From the sequence record NC_055899.1: a stretch of 40,000 nt of DNA; one strand, written 5' to 3'. The translations under genes were made by a program, and so were the position numbers. Of this stretch, positions 28,798-40,000 are shown in pieces. Every line of letters starts with the position of its first letter. The first letter of the stretch is position 1. The notes beneath the pieces are model-generated. The model ran no database searches. It had not been told where the DNA came from and saw only the letters and a program-made list of their open reading frames with translations. Source of the DNA: an uncultured phage cr124_1.

Positions 28798-28872
28798 GAG
28801 TCTATTAGTCAAACGGTAAAGACGACCCGATACAAAGGGAATAGTTAGCAGGTTCGACTCCTGCATAGACTC
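28798..28872 (+). tRNA. tRNA-like gene, anticodon unassigned (irregular anticodon arm)
   Basis: AGTCTAT/ATAGACT acceptor (plus G-1:C73), T-arm GCAGG-TTCGACT-CCTGC, D-loop AAACGGTAAA; anticodon arm ACCCGATACAAAGGG pairs only 3 bp. Confidence 0.55.
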
Positions 28873-28910
28873 CATTCATTTATTTTCATAATTTTAATAT
28901 TTTGTAATTG

Positions 28911-29010
28911 AGTGGCATCCCTGTGTGTACACTATAAACAAAAGGCTACCATGGTAAGCTGACACAGGGACCCAATACTGGTTCTGCGTAACTCCAGCTA
29001 AAAGTTACGC
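28911..29010 (+). ncRNA. Structured intergenic RNA candidate between tRNA genes
   Basis: 9-bp inverted repeat TCCCTGTGT (28918)/ACACAGGGA (28962) and hairpin GCGTAAC/GTTACGC (28986-29010). Confidence 0.35.
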
Positions 29011-29016
29011 GCTTAT

Positions 29017-29087
29017 TGCCCTATGGTGTAACGGCAGCACAGGAGTCTCTAAAACTCTTAGTCTGGGTTCGAATCCTAGTGGGGTAA
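29017..29087 (+). tRNA. Amber suppressor tRNA, anticodon CTA (Gln-like backbone)
   Basis: TGCCCTA/TGGGGTA acceptor, D-stem GTGT/GCAC, anticodon stem GGAGT/ACTCT with loop C-T-CTA-A-A (anticodon 29049-29051), T-arm CTGGG-TTCGAAT-CCTAG. Confidence 0.92.
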
Positions 29088-29104
29088 CAATAAAAAAATA
29101 ATAT

Positions 29105-29671
29105 TTGAATACTATGGAGTTGAAATTTAAGAGACTTGAGGATAACGCTATCCTCCCTATTCGTGGCACAAAAGGTGCTGCAGGAATTGATTTGACTTGC
29201 ACTAAGATTGAAACAGCTCTTAATGAAGCAAATCAGCTAATGTTGGTTTACCATACAGGATTGGCAGTTGAAATTCCTGCCGGATATGTTGGTTTACTTA
29301 TACCACGCTCTAGTATTTGGAAAAAGTCATTATGGCTTACTGATAATGTCGGTGTTATCGACAGTGATTATAGAGGCGAGATTGTAGCATTCATGAAAGC
29401 TACAACTGATACAATTCCTGCTGTTTACAAGCAGGGCGAACGCTTCTGTCAGTTAGTCATCGTTCCTATACCAGAGTATACAATCACAGAGGTTTCTGAG
29501 CTTTCGTCAACAGAGAGAGGCGATGGCGGATTTGGTTCTACTGGCACAGGACACGAAAACGAATCTAGCGCAGCTACGGGAACTCAGTCACAGCTTAAGG
29601 AACAGGTTGAGTCCGTACCAGAGTCAGCGGCGGCACAAGAAGGTGCTGAGGTAAGCGAAGGATAGGCCTAA
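29105..29671 (+). CDS. dut: dUTP diphosphatase (dUTPase)
   Basis: Trimeric dUTPase motifs: 'AAGIDLT', 'PRSSIWKK', 'NVGVIDSDYRGEI', 'RFCQLVIVP', 'RGDGGFGSTG'. Standard stop is TAG at 29663; TAA follows two codons later. Confidence 0.93.
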
Positions 29672-29741
29672 TTCGCTTACATAAAGGGGATTACCGAAAG
29701 GTAGTTCCCTTTTACTGTTTAAACACATTAATGCATTAATT

Positions 29742-30959
29742 ATGATTTAGGAAAAAGATTTTTTATATAGAGTTCCAGTAAAGAATGCACTCGTAACAGC
29801 ACCTGGTAAGTAGGTCAGAAATCCAGAAATATTGGTTGATCTTAAAGGTGGTGAATTTATGCATGGAGACATACTGGACGCAAACTCTACAAATAAACTT
29901 ATTGATCAGTCTGTAAAAGATGCTATAGACAATAGCATTGAAAATGGTAATTATGTTACAAAGGATTTACTTGAAGCTGAAACAAATGCTCGTACAAAGA
30001 GTGATGAAGACTTAAGTGCCAAGATTAAGGCAGAGCAGACTAGAGCAGAAGGTAAAGAAAAAGAAATATCAGATAAGCTTGCAATAGTTGATGGTGATTC
30101 AAACACAGAAGGATCATTTAGAAAAGCTATTGCCGATGTGATTGCTGCTGCCCCAGAAGATCTTGATACACTTAAAGAGATTGCTGACAAACTTGCTGGT
30201 AACGATGACTTACATACAGCATTAAATCAGGCTATTACAGAAAAGGCTGATGCGTCTGCGCTTGCAAATGAAGTTAGTAGAGCTACTGGTGTTGAAAATG
30301 ATTTGCGAACTGCCATTGACACAAAGGCTGACGCTACAGCACTTAGTAACTACGTTCTTACAACAGCGCTTAATTAGCAGGTTGATACGCTGAATGCTGC
30401 TATTAGTGCTAAATAGGATTCAGGTAGTTATGTTCCTTATGATCAAACTGTTACATCTAGATATAGAATAGACAAGGATCTTATGATAGATAACAGTGAA
30501 GGTAGTGCAGTGTTAAGTACTTATAGCATCAGCGCTATTTCGAATAGTAATACTGAAATACAGATAAACCCAGATGGTATTACTATGAGAGATGACGATA
30601 ATACTATAAGATTAAACAGAAGCGGCATAATTCTACCTGATGGCGACTATGATCATGTGTTGACATCTAATGGCTCTACTATAAATATGGCTAACTATTT
30701 AAAGGAGAGCGATGTGAGCGGATAGTTTGCTGCTAAAGCTGATCGGTCTGATCTTATAACGCTAGAGTAGAAAATAACAGCTAATACTACAGCTATTGAA
30801 GGCAAATAGGATAAAATCACAGTTAATAGTGTTGATGTTACAGATATAGAAACAGCTGATATCACAAAACTAAGAACTATTGTAATAGATCTTATAGATG
30901 CACTTAGTACAAGTGGTCTAATTATACAAAATTCAAATCTGAATAAAGCTAGGTCTTAA
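29742..30959 (+). CDS. TAG-recoded tail/fibre-like structural protein (405 aa, 7 TAG)
   Basis: Continuous frame if TAG is sense; coiled-coil-like repeats 'TEKADASALANEVSRATGVENDLRTAIDTKADATALSNY', typical of fibres. Confidence 0.75.
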
Positions 30960-30970
30960 TGAAAGCATGA

Positions 30971-31124
30971 CGGGGTTCACTGCCCCGCCTAGCACAACAG
31001 ATTCTACCACGCATCTTTTCAAATGCGTACCAGGGTAGGACTTTTATCACCCCTAGATGGAATATACTAGGGCCTGCGTAGTAATACGCTTTTAGATTAA
31101 ACGGGACTAGGATTATTCCAGTCC
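30971..31124 (+). ncRNA. Array of five hairpins in an intergenic region
   Basis: CGGGG/CCCCG, ACGCAT/ATGCGT, CCCTAG/CTAGGG, GCGTA/TACGC, GGACTaGG/CCaGTCC in ~155 nt. Confidence 0.4.
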
Positions 31125-31160
31125 TAATTCCATATTGTTTTACTATAAAACTTGTTAATT

Positions 31161-31964
31161 ATGGATACGATCGAGAAAGTTTATTGTACAGGACACGACA
31201 ATAATGACGCTTTAGTAGCCGCTTTGGCTTCTAAGAATAACTGTGATCCAATGGCTATGGCAGCCATGATGAACTAGAATGATTACATGAACAACCCATT
31301 TGCTTACCTTATCTGGATGATCTTCGCTATGCGTATGTGGAACAACAACGATGATCACCAGGGCAATGCAATTCAGAGTCAGCTTGACGCAATGCGTTCA
31401 CAGATAGCTGGTAATCAGAATAGCTCATTGGTAATGGATGCCATAAGAGGCAACGCTAATGCAATTACTCAGTTAGCCTCTAACCTGAACTGTGACTTCA
31501 ACGCACTGAATAATGCTATTTGCTGCGTTAGATCCGGTATTTAGGAAGTAGCAGGTAATGTAAACTTCTCTGCAGAACGCGTTATTAACGCTATTAATCT
31601 CGGAGATGCTAACCTTACATCTGCATTGCAGAACTGCTGCTGCCAGACACAATAGAACATTATCAAGATGGGCTACGAGAATCAACTTGGGCAGAAGGAT
31701 ATCGTTAACCAGATGCAGACAGGTTTCAGCTAGACAAACTCAGGTTTGGAGAGAGCTGCAAGTAACCTTGGTTTCCAGATGAGTTAGATAGCTTGCGATC
31801 TTAAGACGAACGCAAATGCTAATACTCAGCGAATAGTAGATGTTTTGAACAATCATTGGCAGTCAGATTTGCAGTAGAGATACAATGACGCACGCCTTGA
31901 ATTGTCACAGCAGAAGTAGAATGCTACTTTGATTGCTGCGCTTAAGACAACTGCTGCAGCTTAA
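31161..31964 (+). CDS. TAG-recoded conserved-looking structural protein (267 aa, 7 TAG)
   Basis: Continuous frame MDTIEKVYCTGHDNNDALVAALASKNN...MWNNNDDHQGNAIQSQLD...KTTAAA, TAA stop. Confidence 0.75.
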
Positions 31965-31983
31965 TAAGTTTAATTTATGTGAG

Positions 31984-31999
31984 GGCTCCTTCGGGAGCC
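31984..31999 (+). terminator. Terminator-like hairpin
   Basis: GGCTCC-TTCG-GGAGCC followed by TTTA, 20 nt after the preceding stop. Confidence 0.7.
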
Positions 32000-32021
32000 T
32001 TTACATATAAAGATAAGGCTT

Positions 32022-32525
32022 ATGGCATTTAAAGATGTAAAACAAAACTATTCGGTATATATACTGAATAAACAGGATATAACCATTACCGATGGCAAGG
32101 TTATATCAGTTGGATTTCCACATTTAGACTTGAATACAAAGCCAACAATGGGTTAGTCACAAATGGTTGTAGATGTAACTATAGAGGCTAACTCTAAGAC
32201 TGCAACATATTCAATCCCAGAGAACTTATCTGTTACATATGCAGGAGATGTAGTATTGTCTACAGATAAGTAGGGTCTTATGGCTGAAGTAGAGCAGATG
32301 AAGAATACTGCTGAAAAGATACTTGAGTCAGTTCCTAAACAGAAGGAAGTAGTAGATAAGACAACAGTATTGTTATCTGAGCTTAATCCTGTCTATAAGG
32401 AGAAAAAGGAGACTGAATAGAGATTCTCAAAGATAGAGGAATCTATAAGTAGAATGGAATCAACTGTTAATAACTTTATTAATTCTTTTAACCATGCACA
32501 AGGTAATAGTAATACGGCACAGTGA
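32022..32525 (+). CDS. TAG-recoded structural protein (167 aa, 3 TAG)
   Basis: MAFKDVKQNYSVYILNKQDITITDGKVISVGFPHLDLNTKPTMG[Q]SQMVVDVT...FNHAQGNSNTAQ, TGA stop. Confidence 0.7.
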
Positions 32526-32979
32526 TGATGATAACCAGAATTCTAAATATGTTGCAAATCTTTAGAAAAACGAAGATGGCAGCTATTCCGCTAGTGTTGG
32601 AGTTGTAAAGGAAGATGGGTATAATGACTATGTTAGTAAACATGGTTTACACTTTACAAAAGCTTTACAGGAGTACGCTAGTAAATAGATGGTTAATTCA
32701 AATAATTAGGAACATACATGGACTTCTGAGTAGGTTCAAAATGTATGTAATGTACTTAATCTTAAAATTCCAAATACTTCTACAATAGAGGATGTAACTT
32801 ATACTGCGAATATGGCTTATGCTGATTTTTATCCAGAACTACTTAATGAGCACCAGTGTATAAAATATGCTGCAGCTGTAGCTAATGATAAAGATGGATA
32901 TACAGGAATTTAGTTTTGTAGATGGGTGGCAGACGTTGTAGGAAAGAAGGAAAATATAGATTGGGATAAATTCAAATAA
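32494..32979 (+). CDS. TAG-recoded hypothetical protein (5 TAG)
   Basis: Frame ...DDDNQNSKYVANL[Q]KNEDGSYSASVGVVKEDGYNDYVSKHGLHFTKALQEYASK[Q]MVNSNN[Q]EHTWTSE[Q]VQNVCNVLNLK...; start uncertain. Confidence 0.65.
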
Positions 32980-33057
32980 TCTTTAACTGTGGCGTTTTAG
33001 ACGTGGTCTTCGATGACACCACAGTACAATAATTGTTAACAATTTAAACGAATTAAT

Positions 33058-35712
33058 ATGATTAATTTTTGCGTAGAACCAAAAAAGCCTTGTCGCAAAA
33101 ATCCAATCGGAGAATTAGATTTTAAAATAGACAAGTGTTATTCGTCAATATATTCTAGATTGTGCTGCCATGAAAATGATTCTGTCTCACATATATCTTA
33201 GGAAGAAAGAGATGAATGGAATGGAAAGGCTAGCAATTCTGCTTTACTAGACCTTCAAAATCAGTTAAACGAAATAGCTGGAGACGGAGATAACTCTATA
33301 AAGAAAGAGATATTGATAGAAGTGTCTAGGCAGATAGCGGGTGCTATTATTGATTTAAATATTGAAGAGTATGCTAAAAAGAAATATGTTGATGACGCTA
33401 TTAGTAATATTGACTTTGATTAGTATGTTACAAAAGAGAATGCCGATTCTACGTATTTAAACAAGGCTGACTATATAAAATTTGATCCCACTAACTATTA
33501 TACTATAGCTTAGATATAGAAGATAATCGAAGACTCTACTATAGGGAAAGATTATCCTATAGAGAGCTTTACATTGGAACACAATGAGCTTATTCTTACA
33601 TAGAAGAATGGTGGTTAGTTTAGAGTTGCTTTATCTGAAAGCGTATCTGATGGCGGAGTAAATGCTGATTATATATAGCAGTAGCTTTTAAATTATATTA
33701 AAAAGAACACATTATCAAAATTGATAATAAACGATAAGGCGTACTCTATTGAAAGTGGGCGTGACATAAAAATACCTATTAGTGGTACTAATTCAAGTAT
33801 AGACTATACTAAATTTGGATATAGCAAATCTTATTTCAAAAAACACCCAAGTAATTCTGTAGCGCCAAGTAAACCTAGTGCAAATAGACCACCTGAAGAC
33901 GGTTCTGGGTGGGTTGATGATGCTCCAAATTAGGAAGCTGGATACTACATATGGATGACACAAGTATTCATAAATGGTAATGGATAGTATGGAGAATACA
34001 CAAATCCAATATGTTTAACTGGAACTGCAGGAGAAAACGCTGTATCATACGATATTAAAACGTCTACGAGTACTATTAATTATCAAGATGGTACAATGTA
34101 CCCAAATCTTATTAGTGTATATGTTGTAAAAAGCAATGGCTCGTAGATTACAAATATTACACCATCAAATGGTTCTGGTTGGTCGTTCTCATATAGTGTT
34201 GATGGAGGAGATACATGGACCACAATATCATCTGATTAGATTCAAACAGAAGGTGATAATGGAATGTTGTTTAAAGCAACAAATGGAACAATAATGTTAA
34301 ACGAATATGTTCCAATCGTTAGGTCTGGTATAAATGGACTTAATGGAATAACTTATTCATTACAGCTTTCAAACATATCATTGTCATACGCTCCAGCAGA
34401 TTAGGACTATAACTTATAGATGAGCTGTAATGTTAATCTGTATAAAAATGGAACTAGTATAAATGATACTGAGGCGAATTTATATATGCAATTAAATTCG
34501 AATAGTAGAACAAGTTTGCAGTATGATTCAGATCATTGGACAGTTACAGTAAATACAACTGTGCAATCCAAGTCTAGCACTATTACTATATATGCAGAGA
34601 ATAAAAATGGAGCACATCTTACATCTATGACTATTCCTGTATCGTCATCTGGAGATAAAGGTGACCCTGGAGATGGATCTATTGGACAAACACTCAAAGG
34701 CTCACCTTTAAGAATTGTTGGTGCATGGACAAGTGGTAAAAAGTACTATGATGGAAAGAGAGATGCTGAAAACGGTATATTCTATCAAGATGTCGTACTT
34801 TATGAAAACATGTATTATGTTTGCGTAAATACAGATACCGGAGAATCCGACCATTGGGTAATGACTCCTGATGTTGCTACATATTTTCAGAAGTTCGCCG
34901 TTACAGAAAATTTTGTAGCTGATAAGATAATAGCAAATTAGGCTTACGTTAAAGAGTTGTCATCAGAAGAAGTTGTTATAATGGACGGTGATGCAATCGT
35001 AGCAGGTATGACTTCTAGTAAGGATATTGATAGTAAATCTGATCTTAATGGGAAGGTTATGAATAAGGGTGACGTACGAATATGGGCCGGAAGAATGTAG
35101 ACAGCTGGAGACTTAACAACGGCGTACACAACAATAGATTCAAATGGATCGATTGTTATGCAAAATATACAATAGGGCAAAAGTATTAAACTTAATCCAT
35201 AGGAGTGTTCTCTTAAAATAGTTGGACCTGTTAGTGTTTTAGATGACTCGGTGACGGATGGGACATATATTCCTTCTAGTGACGAAAGGATAGAATTAGC
35301 TAATTTTGAATACACTATAGACCCAGATACACTTTGTTCGGCAATTAGGCTTATTATGAAAAGCAACGGAATGATAACTATTGATCCAGGTGACAAGAAA
35401 ATTTCTGTATATAGTGGCAAAGATGGTACTGGGGGCTCTATTATTGGATGTGATAGTATAGATATGTATGACGACGGTGGTAATTTATATACAAGGCTTA
35501 CTGGTATTGATATTGCAGGACACGATTTTGTAACATTAACGAGTCGATATAATAAAAAGGGACTTCATTTACGTAGAATTGATAATGCGTCATCGGATGA
35601 TATATTGTATATATTAGATGGTCTGCCTACAAGTGATCCAAAAATTGAAGGAGTTTTATGGATGGATTCAGATAGAACACTAAAAGTATCTAGTAGAGGA
35701 TTTGGGTCATGA
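33058..35712 (+). CDS. TAG-recoded large tail fibre/host-attachment-like protein (884 aa)
   Basis: Merges track ORFs 33721, 34420 and 35251 in one frame through more than 15 TAGs; 'GDKGDPGDGS', 'YKNGTSINDTEANLYMQLNSN', 'GAWTSGKKYYDGKRD...YYVCVNTDTGES' are typical of phage fibre modules. Confidence 0.8.
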
Positions 35713-36029
35713 AAATAATTAGATAGAACATACTTCCTCCAAAAGGATTTCTGGCGATTAATTTATTTGGATATCTATTCTGTAGACCAAATGCTAAGAT
35801 AACTGATATTACAATCAACCATGAACAGATACATACAGAATAGATGAAAGAAATGCTATATGTACCATTTTATTTGTGGTATGGAGTAGAATGGTTAGTT
35901 AAACTGTTCTGTAAAGGAAATGCGTATAGAAATCTTTCCTTTGAGAGAGAAGCTTACAGTAACTAGTACAATTTAGATTATTTAAAAACAAGAAAACATT
36001 ATAGTTGGCTTAAAAGACTATTTAAGTAA
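35709..36029 (+). CDS. TAG-recoded small protein with HExxH motif (106 aa, 3 TAG)
   Basis: MKIIR[Q]NILPPKGFLAINLFGYLFCRPNAKITDITINHEQIHTE[Q]MKEMLYVPFYLWYGVEWLVKLFCKG...; ATGA-type overlap with the upstream gene. Confidence 0.75.
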
Positions 36030-36538
36030 TGTTTGACATCATATAGAATAAAATACAATTAAGCACAGAAGATTTAGCTATACCACCATTTAAAGACTTC
36101 TACAACAATGCTAAAAATAAACAAGATGCGTTAAAGAAGATTGAATTCATAGTGTGGAGATATAAATGGAATAGCCCATATGAGGCATATCCAGAGAAAG
36201 AACGCACATGGAGAGTAGCTAAAGATGTACTTAATGATGAGAATTATAAACCTGATGACGTTGTAAAAGAATTAGCAAAAAGGTTCCAGGAGTTCCAAGA
36301 GACTCCTGCTACCAGGCTGCTTAAATCTTCTAAGAGCGCAGCAGAGGGCATTATGAACACGATGGATAGCTATGCTGAAGAAGATCTTGATATAGATACA
36401 GCTAAGAAGCTTTCAGCTATATTGAAAGATGTTAGCGGAATAATCAAGTCGTTAGACATGGCTATGAAGTAGGCAAAAGCAGAACAAGCAGAAACCGGTA
36501 GAGTCAAGGGTGGTGGCATTATTGGTATGTACGAATAA
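36029..36538 (+). CDS. TAG-recoded protein immediately upstream of terL (169 aa); possible small terminase-like role
   Basis: MFDII[Q]NKIQLSTEDLAIPPFKDFYNNAKNKQDALKKIEFIVWRYKWNSPYEAYPEKERTWRVAKDVL...MAMK[Q]AKAEQ...IIGMYE; functional guess is positional only. Confidence 0.7.
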
Positions 36539-36540
36539 TT

Positions 36541-38604
36541 ATGATAGACTTTAATTAGAGACTCCATGATACTGATAAGTTTAGATAGGCAGCTATCTTC
36601 TTTCAACAGCATGGATGCTATACCTTAGCTCCTAGAGGTACTACTGATTATAACAAATATTGGGAGCAAGAGACAGATAGATGCATTAATGGTTATACGG
36701 CTCCAGATGGAGAAGGTATAACTGGATACAATTACTTCTATCTAAATTATAGTCCAATCATGCGACTAAAGGAAGAAGAGTATACAGATAGAGAGGGTAA
36801 CCTTAGAAAGAGGAGACAACGTATACTTGAATTCCCTAGCTTTTGGGACTATGATTACTATTATTTTTGCGCTATAGAACAAGCAGAGTTGGAAGGAAAG
36901 CATATGGCTGTGCTCAAATGCAGACAGAGAGGATATTCATTTAAGGGTGGATCTATGCTAGTTAGAAACTATATGCTTATACCAGGTTCGAAGAACTTTG
37001 CTATAGCATCAGAACAGAAATTCCTTATAGGTGATGGTTTGTTAACTAAAGCCTGGCAGATAATGGACTTCCTTGATAAGCATACAGCATGGGCTAAGCA
37101 AAGACTTGTGTCTACACGTATGGAAAGAACATCCGGTTATAAAATCACCGATGAGTTTGGTAAACAAACCGAACAAGGATACCTGTCTAGTATAACAGGA
37201 ATAACTCTTAAGAACGATCCAGAACGTGTGCGTGGTACACGTGCTAAGCTTGTACTATGGGAGGAAGGTGGTAAATTCCCTAGCCTTCTTGATGCATGGC
37301 GTATAGAACAGCCTTCAGTAGAAACAGACGATGGTAAAGCGTTCGGATTGATGATAGCATTTGGTACCGGTGGTACCGAAGGAGCTAGCTTCGAAGGATT
37401 GAAAGAATTGTTCTATAAGCCTAAGTCTTATAATGTTCTCAGCTTCCCTAATATATGGGATGAAGGCAGAGAGAATACTGAATGTGCATTCTTTGTTCCA
37501 GCATATTCAAACCTAGAGTCATTTGATGATGACGGTAATTAGGTTTACATGGATAGGGATGGAAATAGCTATAAAGAGAAAGCTATAGAGAACCTTATAG
37601 ATTAGAGAAACAAGGTAAAAGATGGAGGTGCTAGTTAGCAGTCAATAGACCGTTTTATATCAGAGCGTCCTATAAGGCCAGCAGAAGCTGTATTGGAGCT
37701 CGGTAAGAATATATTCCCTAGAAAGTTATTAATGGACCAGTTGACAAGAATAAGGACCAACAAGAAGCTACAAAGCATGAAGCATATAGTTGATCTAGAA
37801 TGGGATGGAAATGGTCAGGTAAAGGCTACAGAGAAGCCTAGTGGTGATATAACTAACTACCCTCTTAAGAAGGGAGATAAGCCCCATGGATCAGTAGTTA
37901 TATGGGAGTATCCAGTAAAGGATCCTCCGCTCGGTTTATATATAGGAGGATGCGACCCATACGACCATGATGATAGTTTTACAAACTCTCTTGGTTCTAC
38001 ATTTATATTTAAACGCGTAAGAGCTGGGGAAGCATGGACAGATGTAATAGTAGCAGAGTATTCCGGAAGACCGGACACAGCAGAAGAATACTATGAGAAT
38101 GTTCGCAAGCTGCTTACATTTTATAACGCTAGATTATTATTTGAGAATGAAAGAAAAGGAATCTACCCTTACTTTACGAATAAACACTGCGATTACCTCT
38201 TGGCTGATTAGCCAGATAAAATCATATCTGAAGTCTTTAAAGACAGCAAAGTGCAAAGAAGAAAAGGATGCCACATGACCAAGCAAATTAGGGCGTATGG
38301 CGAAGGATTAATATTAGAGTGGCTGTTAGATGAGTTTGAAGAAGGCCACCCTAATGTAGAAAGAGTATACAGCGAACCTCTAATAGAAGAGCTTATAGAG
38401 AATGATGGTGCACGAAATGTAGACCGAGTTATAGCTTTGTGTATGGTAATGATATACAGAGAGGAGCTCTATTAGCTAAAGGTGTCGTCTGCAAAAGAAC
38501 AAAACAAATAGGTTGAACTCTTCGAGATGCCGTTATTTAGCAAACAATGGTTTGAAGAAGATAGCAGCACAAGTGAAGACGGTATGCCGATATTCACATT
38601 TTAA
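36541..38604 (+). CDS. terL: Terminase large subunit (TAG-recoded, 687 aa, 8 TAG)
   Basis: ATPase Walker A-like 'VLKCRQRGYSFKGG', Walker B-like 'AKLVLWEEGG', nuclease-type 'LGLYIGGCDPYDHDDS'; single frame merges four track ORFs. Confidence 0.9.
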
Positions 38605-38607
38605 TAC

Positions 38608-40000
38608 ATGGAAGATAACTTATACAATTCAGCTTTCCCCAGACAAAAGCTCCCTCTTTCAAAGAAAGGAAAGAAATGGCAGGAAGATTGCGTTAACTAT
38701 ATTATAGGTGAAGGTAACGTAACATCTGGAGGAAATAGTACATCATATTACGGAGAGCTGTAGACCTATTATAATTTATATAACAGCATCTTCGACGAGA
38801 AGGATTTTAAATCAATTACAAACCCATTCAAGGTCGAGGATGGTTTTCCTGCTACTCCTCACGACTTTAATATTATAAGACCTAAAGTAGATTTGCTTAT
38901 AGGTGAGGAAACAAAAAGACCTCTTAACTTCAGAATTATCAGAACTTCATAGGAGGCTACATCTGAAATGCAGGAGAAAGAGAAATAGATGATTCTGCAA
39001 TATATAGAAGCAGCTATCACAGCTAAAATGAGCCCAGAAGAAGCTCAGTAGTTCCAAGAATAGCTACAGTCTGGAGAGATTATGCCGCCAGAGTAGATAG
39101 CTAAGTATATGGACAAAGACTACAAAGATATTGTAGAAAATACTGCGTATCATTCTCTTACTTATCTGAGAGAGAAGCTTGATCTTGACAACGAGTTTAT
39201 CAAAGGCTGGAAGGACGGATTGATCTCAGGTAGAGAAATTTATTACGTTGGCGTACTTAATGCAGAGCCATATGCGGAAAGAGTTAATCCTATATGTTTC
39301 TCTTACGATAAAAGCCCAGACCTTGATTTTATTGAGGACGGATCATGGTGTTGCAGAAAGATGCGTATGCCTATAACTGAAGTATACGATAGATATTACG
39401 ACAAGCTTGAAGAGAAGGATCTTGATAGGCTTGAAGAAATGATTGGTTCTACTCCTGGCAGAAACCTTGGAGACAGAAGTCCTGTTGATATGGGCATATA
39501 GTTACGTATATATGATAACCCGATATTTGAAGGATCTGGTAAATCGCTTGTAAATGTATGGCATTGTTGTTGGAAGTCTTTTAAGAAGATATTTTACGTA
39601 ACAACTACAGATGACGCAGGACAGCCTTAGATCAATATAGTTGATGAAACATATCAGCCTGTTGGTAATGAGGTTAGTGTAGAACCAGATTGGATTATAG
39701 AGGTATGGGAAGGATACAGAGCTGGTAGCGATTTATACTTTGGCATACAGCCTATCGAGTATCAGCATGTAAGTATCGATAACCCTAATAGCCAGAAGCT
39801 TCCTTATTGTGGTGCTATTTATAGTAACACAAATAGTAAGCCTAGATCATTGGTTAGCATTCTTAAGCCATTGTAGTATATGTATATTGTATTATGGTAC
39901 AGACTTGAGCTAGCTATCGCCAGAGATAAAGGTAAGGTTGTGAACATGGATATTACATAGATTCCTAAGTCTATGAATATTAGCCCAGCTAAATGGATGC
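38608..40000 (+). CDS. Portal protein, partial at window end (TAG-recoded)
   Basis: Directly follows terL; 'ATPHDFNIIRPKVDLLIGEETKRPLNFRI...KGWKDGLISGREIYYVGVLNAEPYAERVNPICFSYDKSPDLDFIEDG' resembles crAss-like portal proteins; open through many TAGs to 40000. Confidence 0.8.

Noticed and set aside
29742-36538. Many truncated ORFs that could look like pseudogenes or an assembly with errors
   Set aside because: Breaks are almost exclusively TAG, without frameshifts, and frames are otherwise open for hundreds of codons. A matching CUA tRNA is present, so recoding explains them better.
1-40000. CRISPR array
   Set aside because: No set of regularly spaced identical 25-40 nt repeats was seen. The 13-mer repeats at 15964-16244 are too short and match promoter elements better.

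Overview
This window reads as part of a crAss-like (Bacteroidota-infecting) tailed phage genome. The left ~27 kb is read mostly on the minus strand: SSB-like, Sak4-like ATPase, DnaB-like helicase, family B DNA polymerase, ECF-type sigma factor and many small hypotheticals. The right ~13 kb is on the plus strand: dUTPase, tail/fibre-like proteins, conserved structural proteins, terminase large subunit and portal. The standard-code ORF track breaks up most right-arm genes. They become full-length if TAG is read as an amino acid, most likely Gln. The phage encodes a matching amber-suppressor tRNA (anticodon CUA) at 29017-29087. The most unusual locus is at ~15550-15930 on the minus strand. It has the hallmarks of a circularly permuted (two-piece) tmRNA: a T-arm and 3' acceptor strand upstream, a 5' acceptor strand and D-loop-like segment downstream, a perfect 7-bp P2 helix joining the halves, and a short tag-like reading frame ending in TAA. 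Tandem Bacteroidota-type promoter-like repeats sit directly upstream. Some minus-strand genes also need TAG read-through, notably 25870-26325 with five in-frame TAGs. A ~2.1 kb 'ORF-free' stretch at 9346-11502 can be tiled by small overlapping minus-strand ORFs, some with TAG. All family assignments come from reading motifs by eye; no searches were run. Coordinates of hand-assembled ORFs were frame-checked but could be off by 1 nt.
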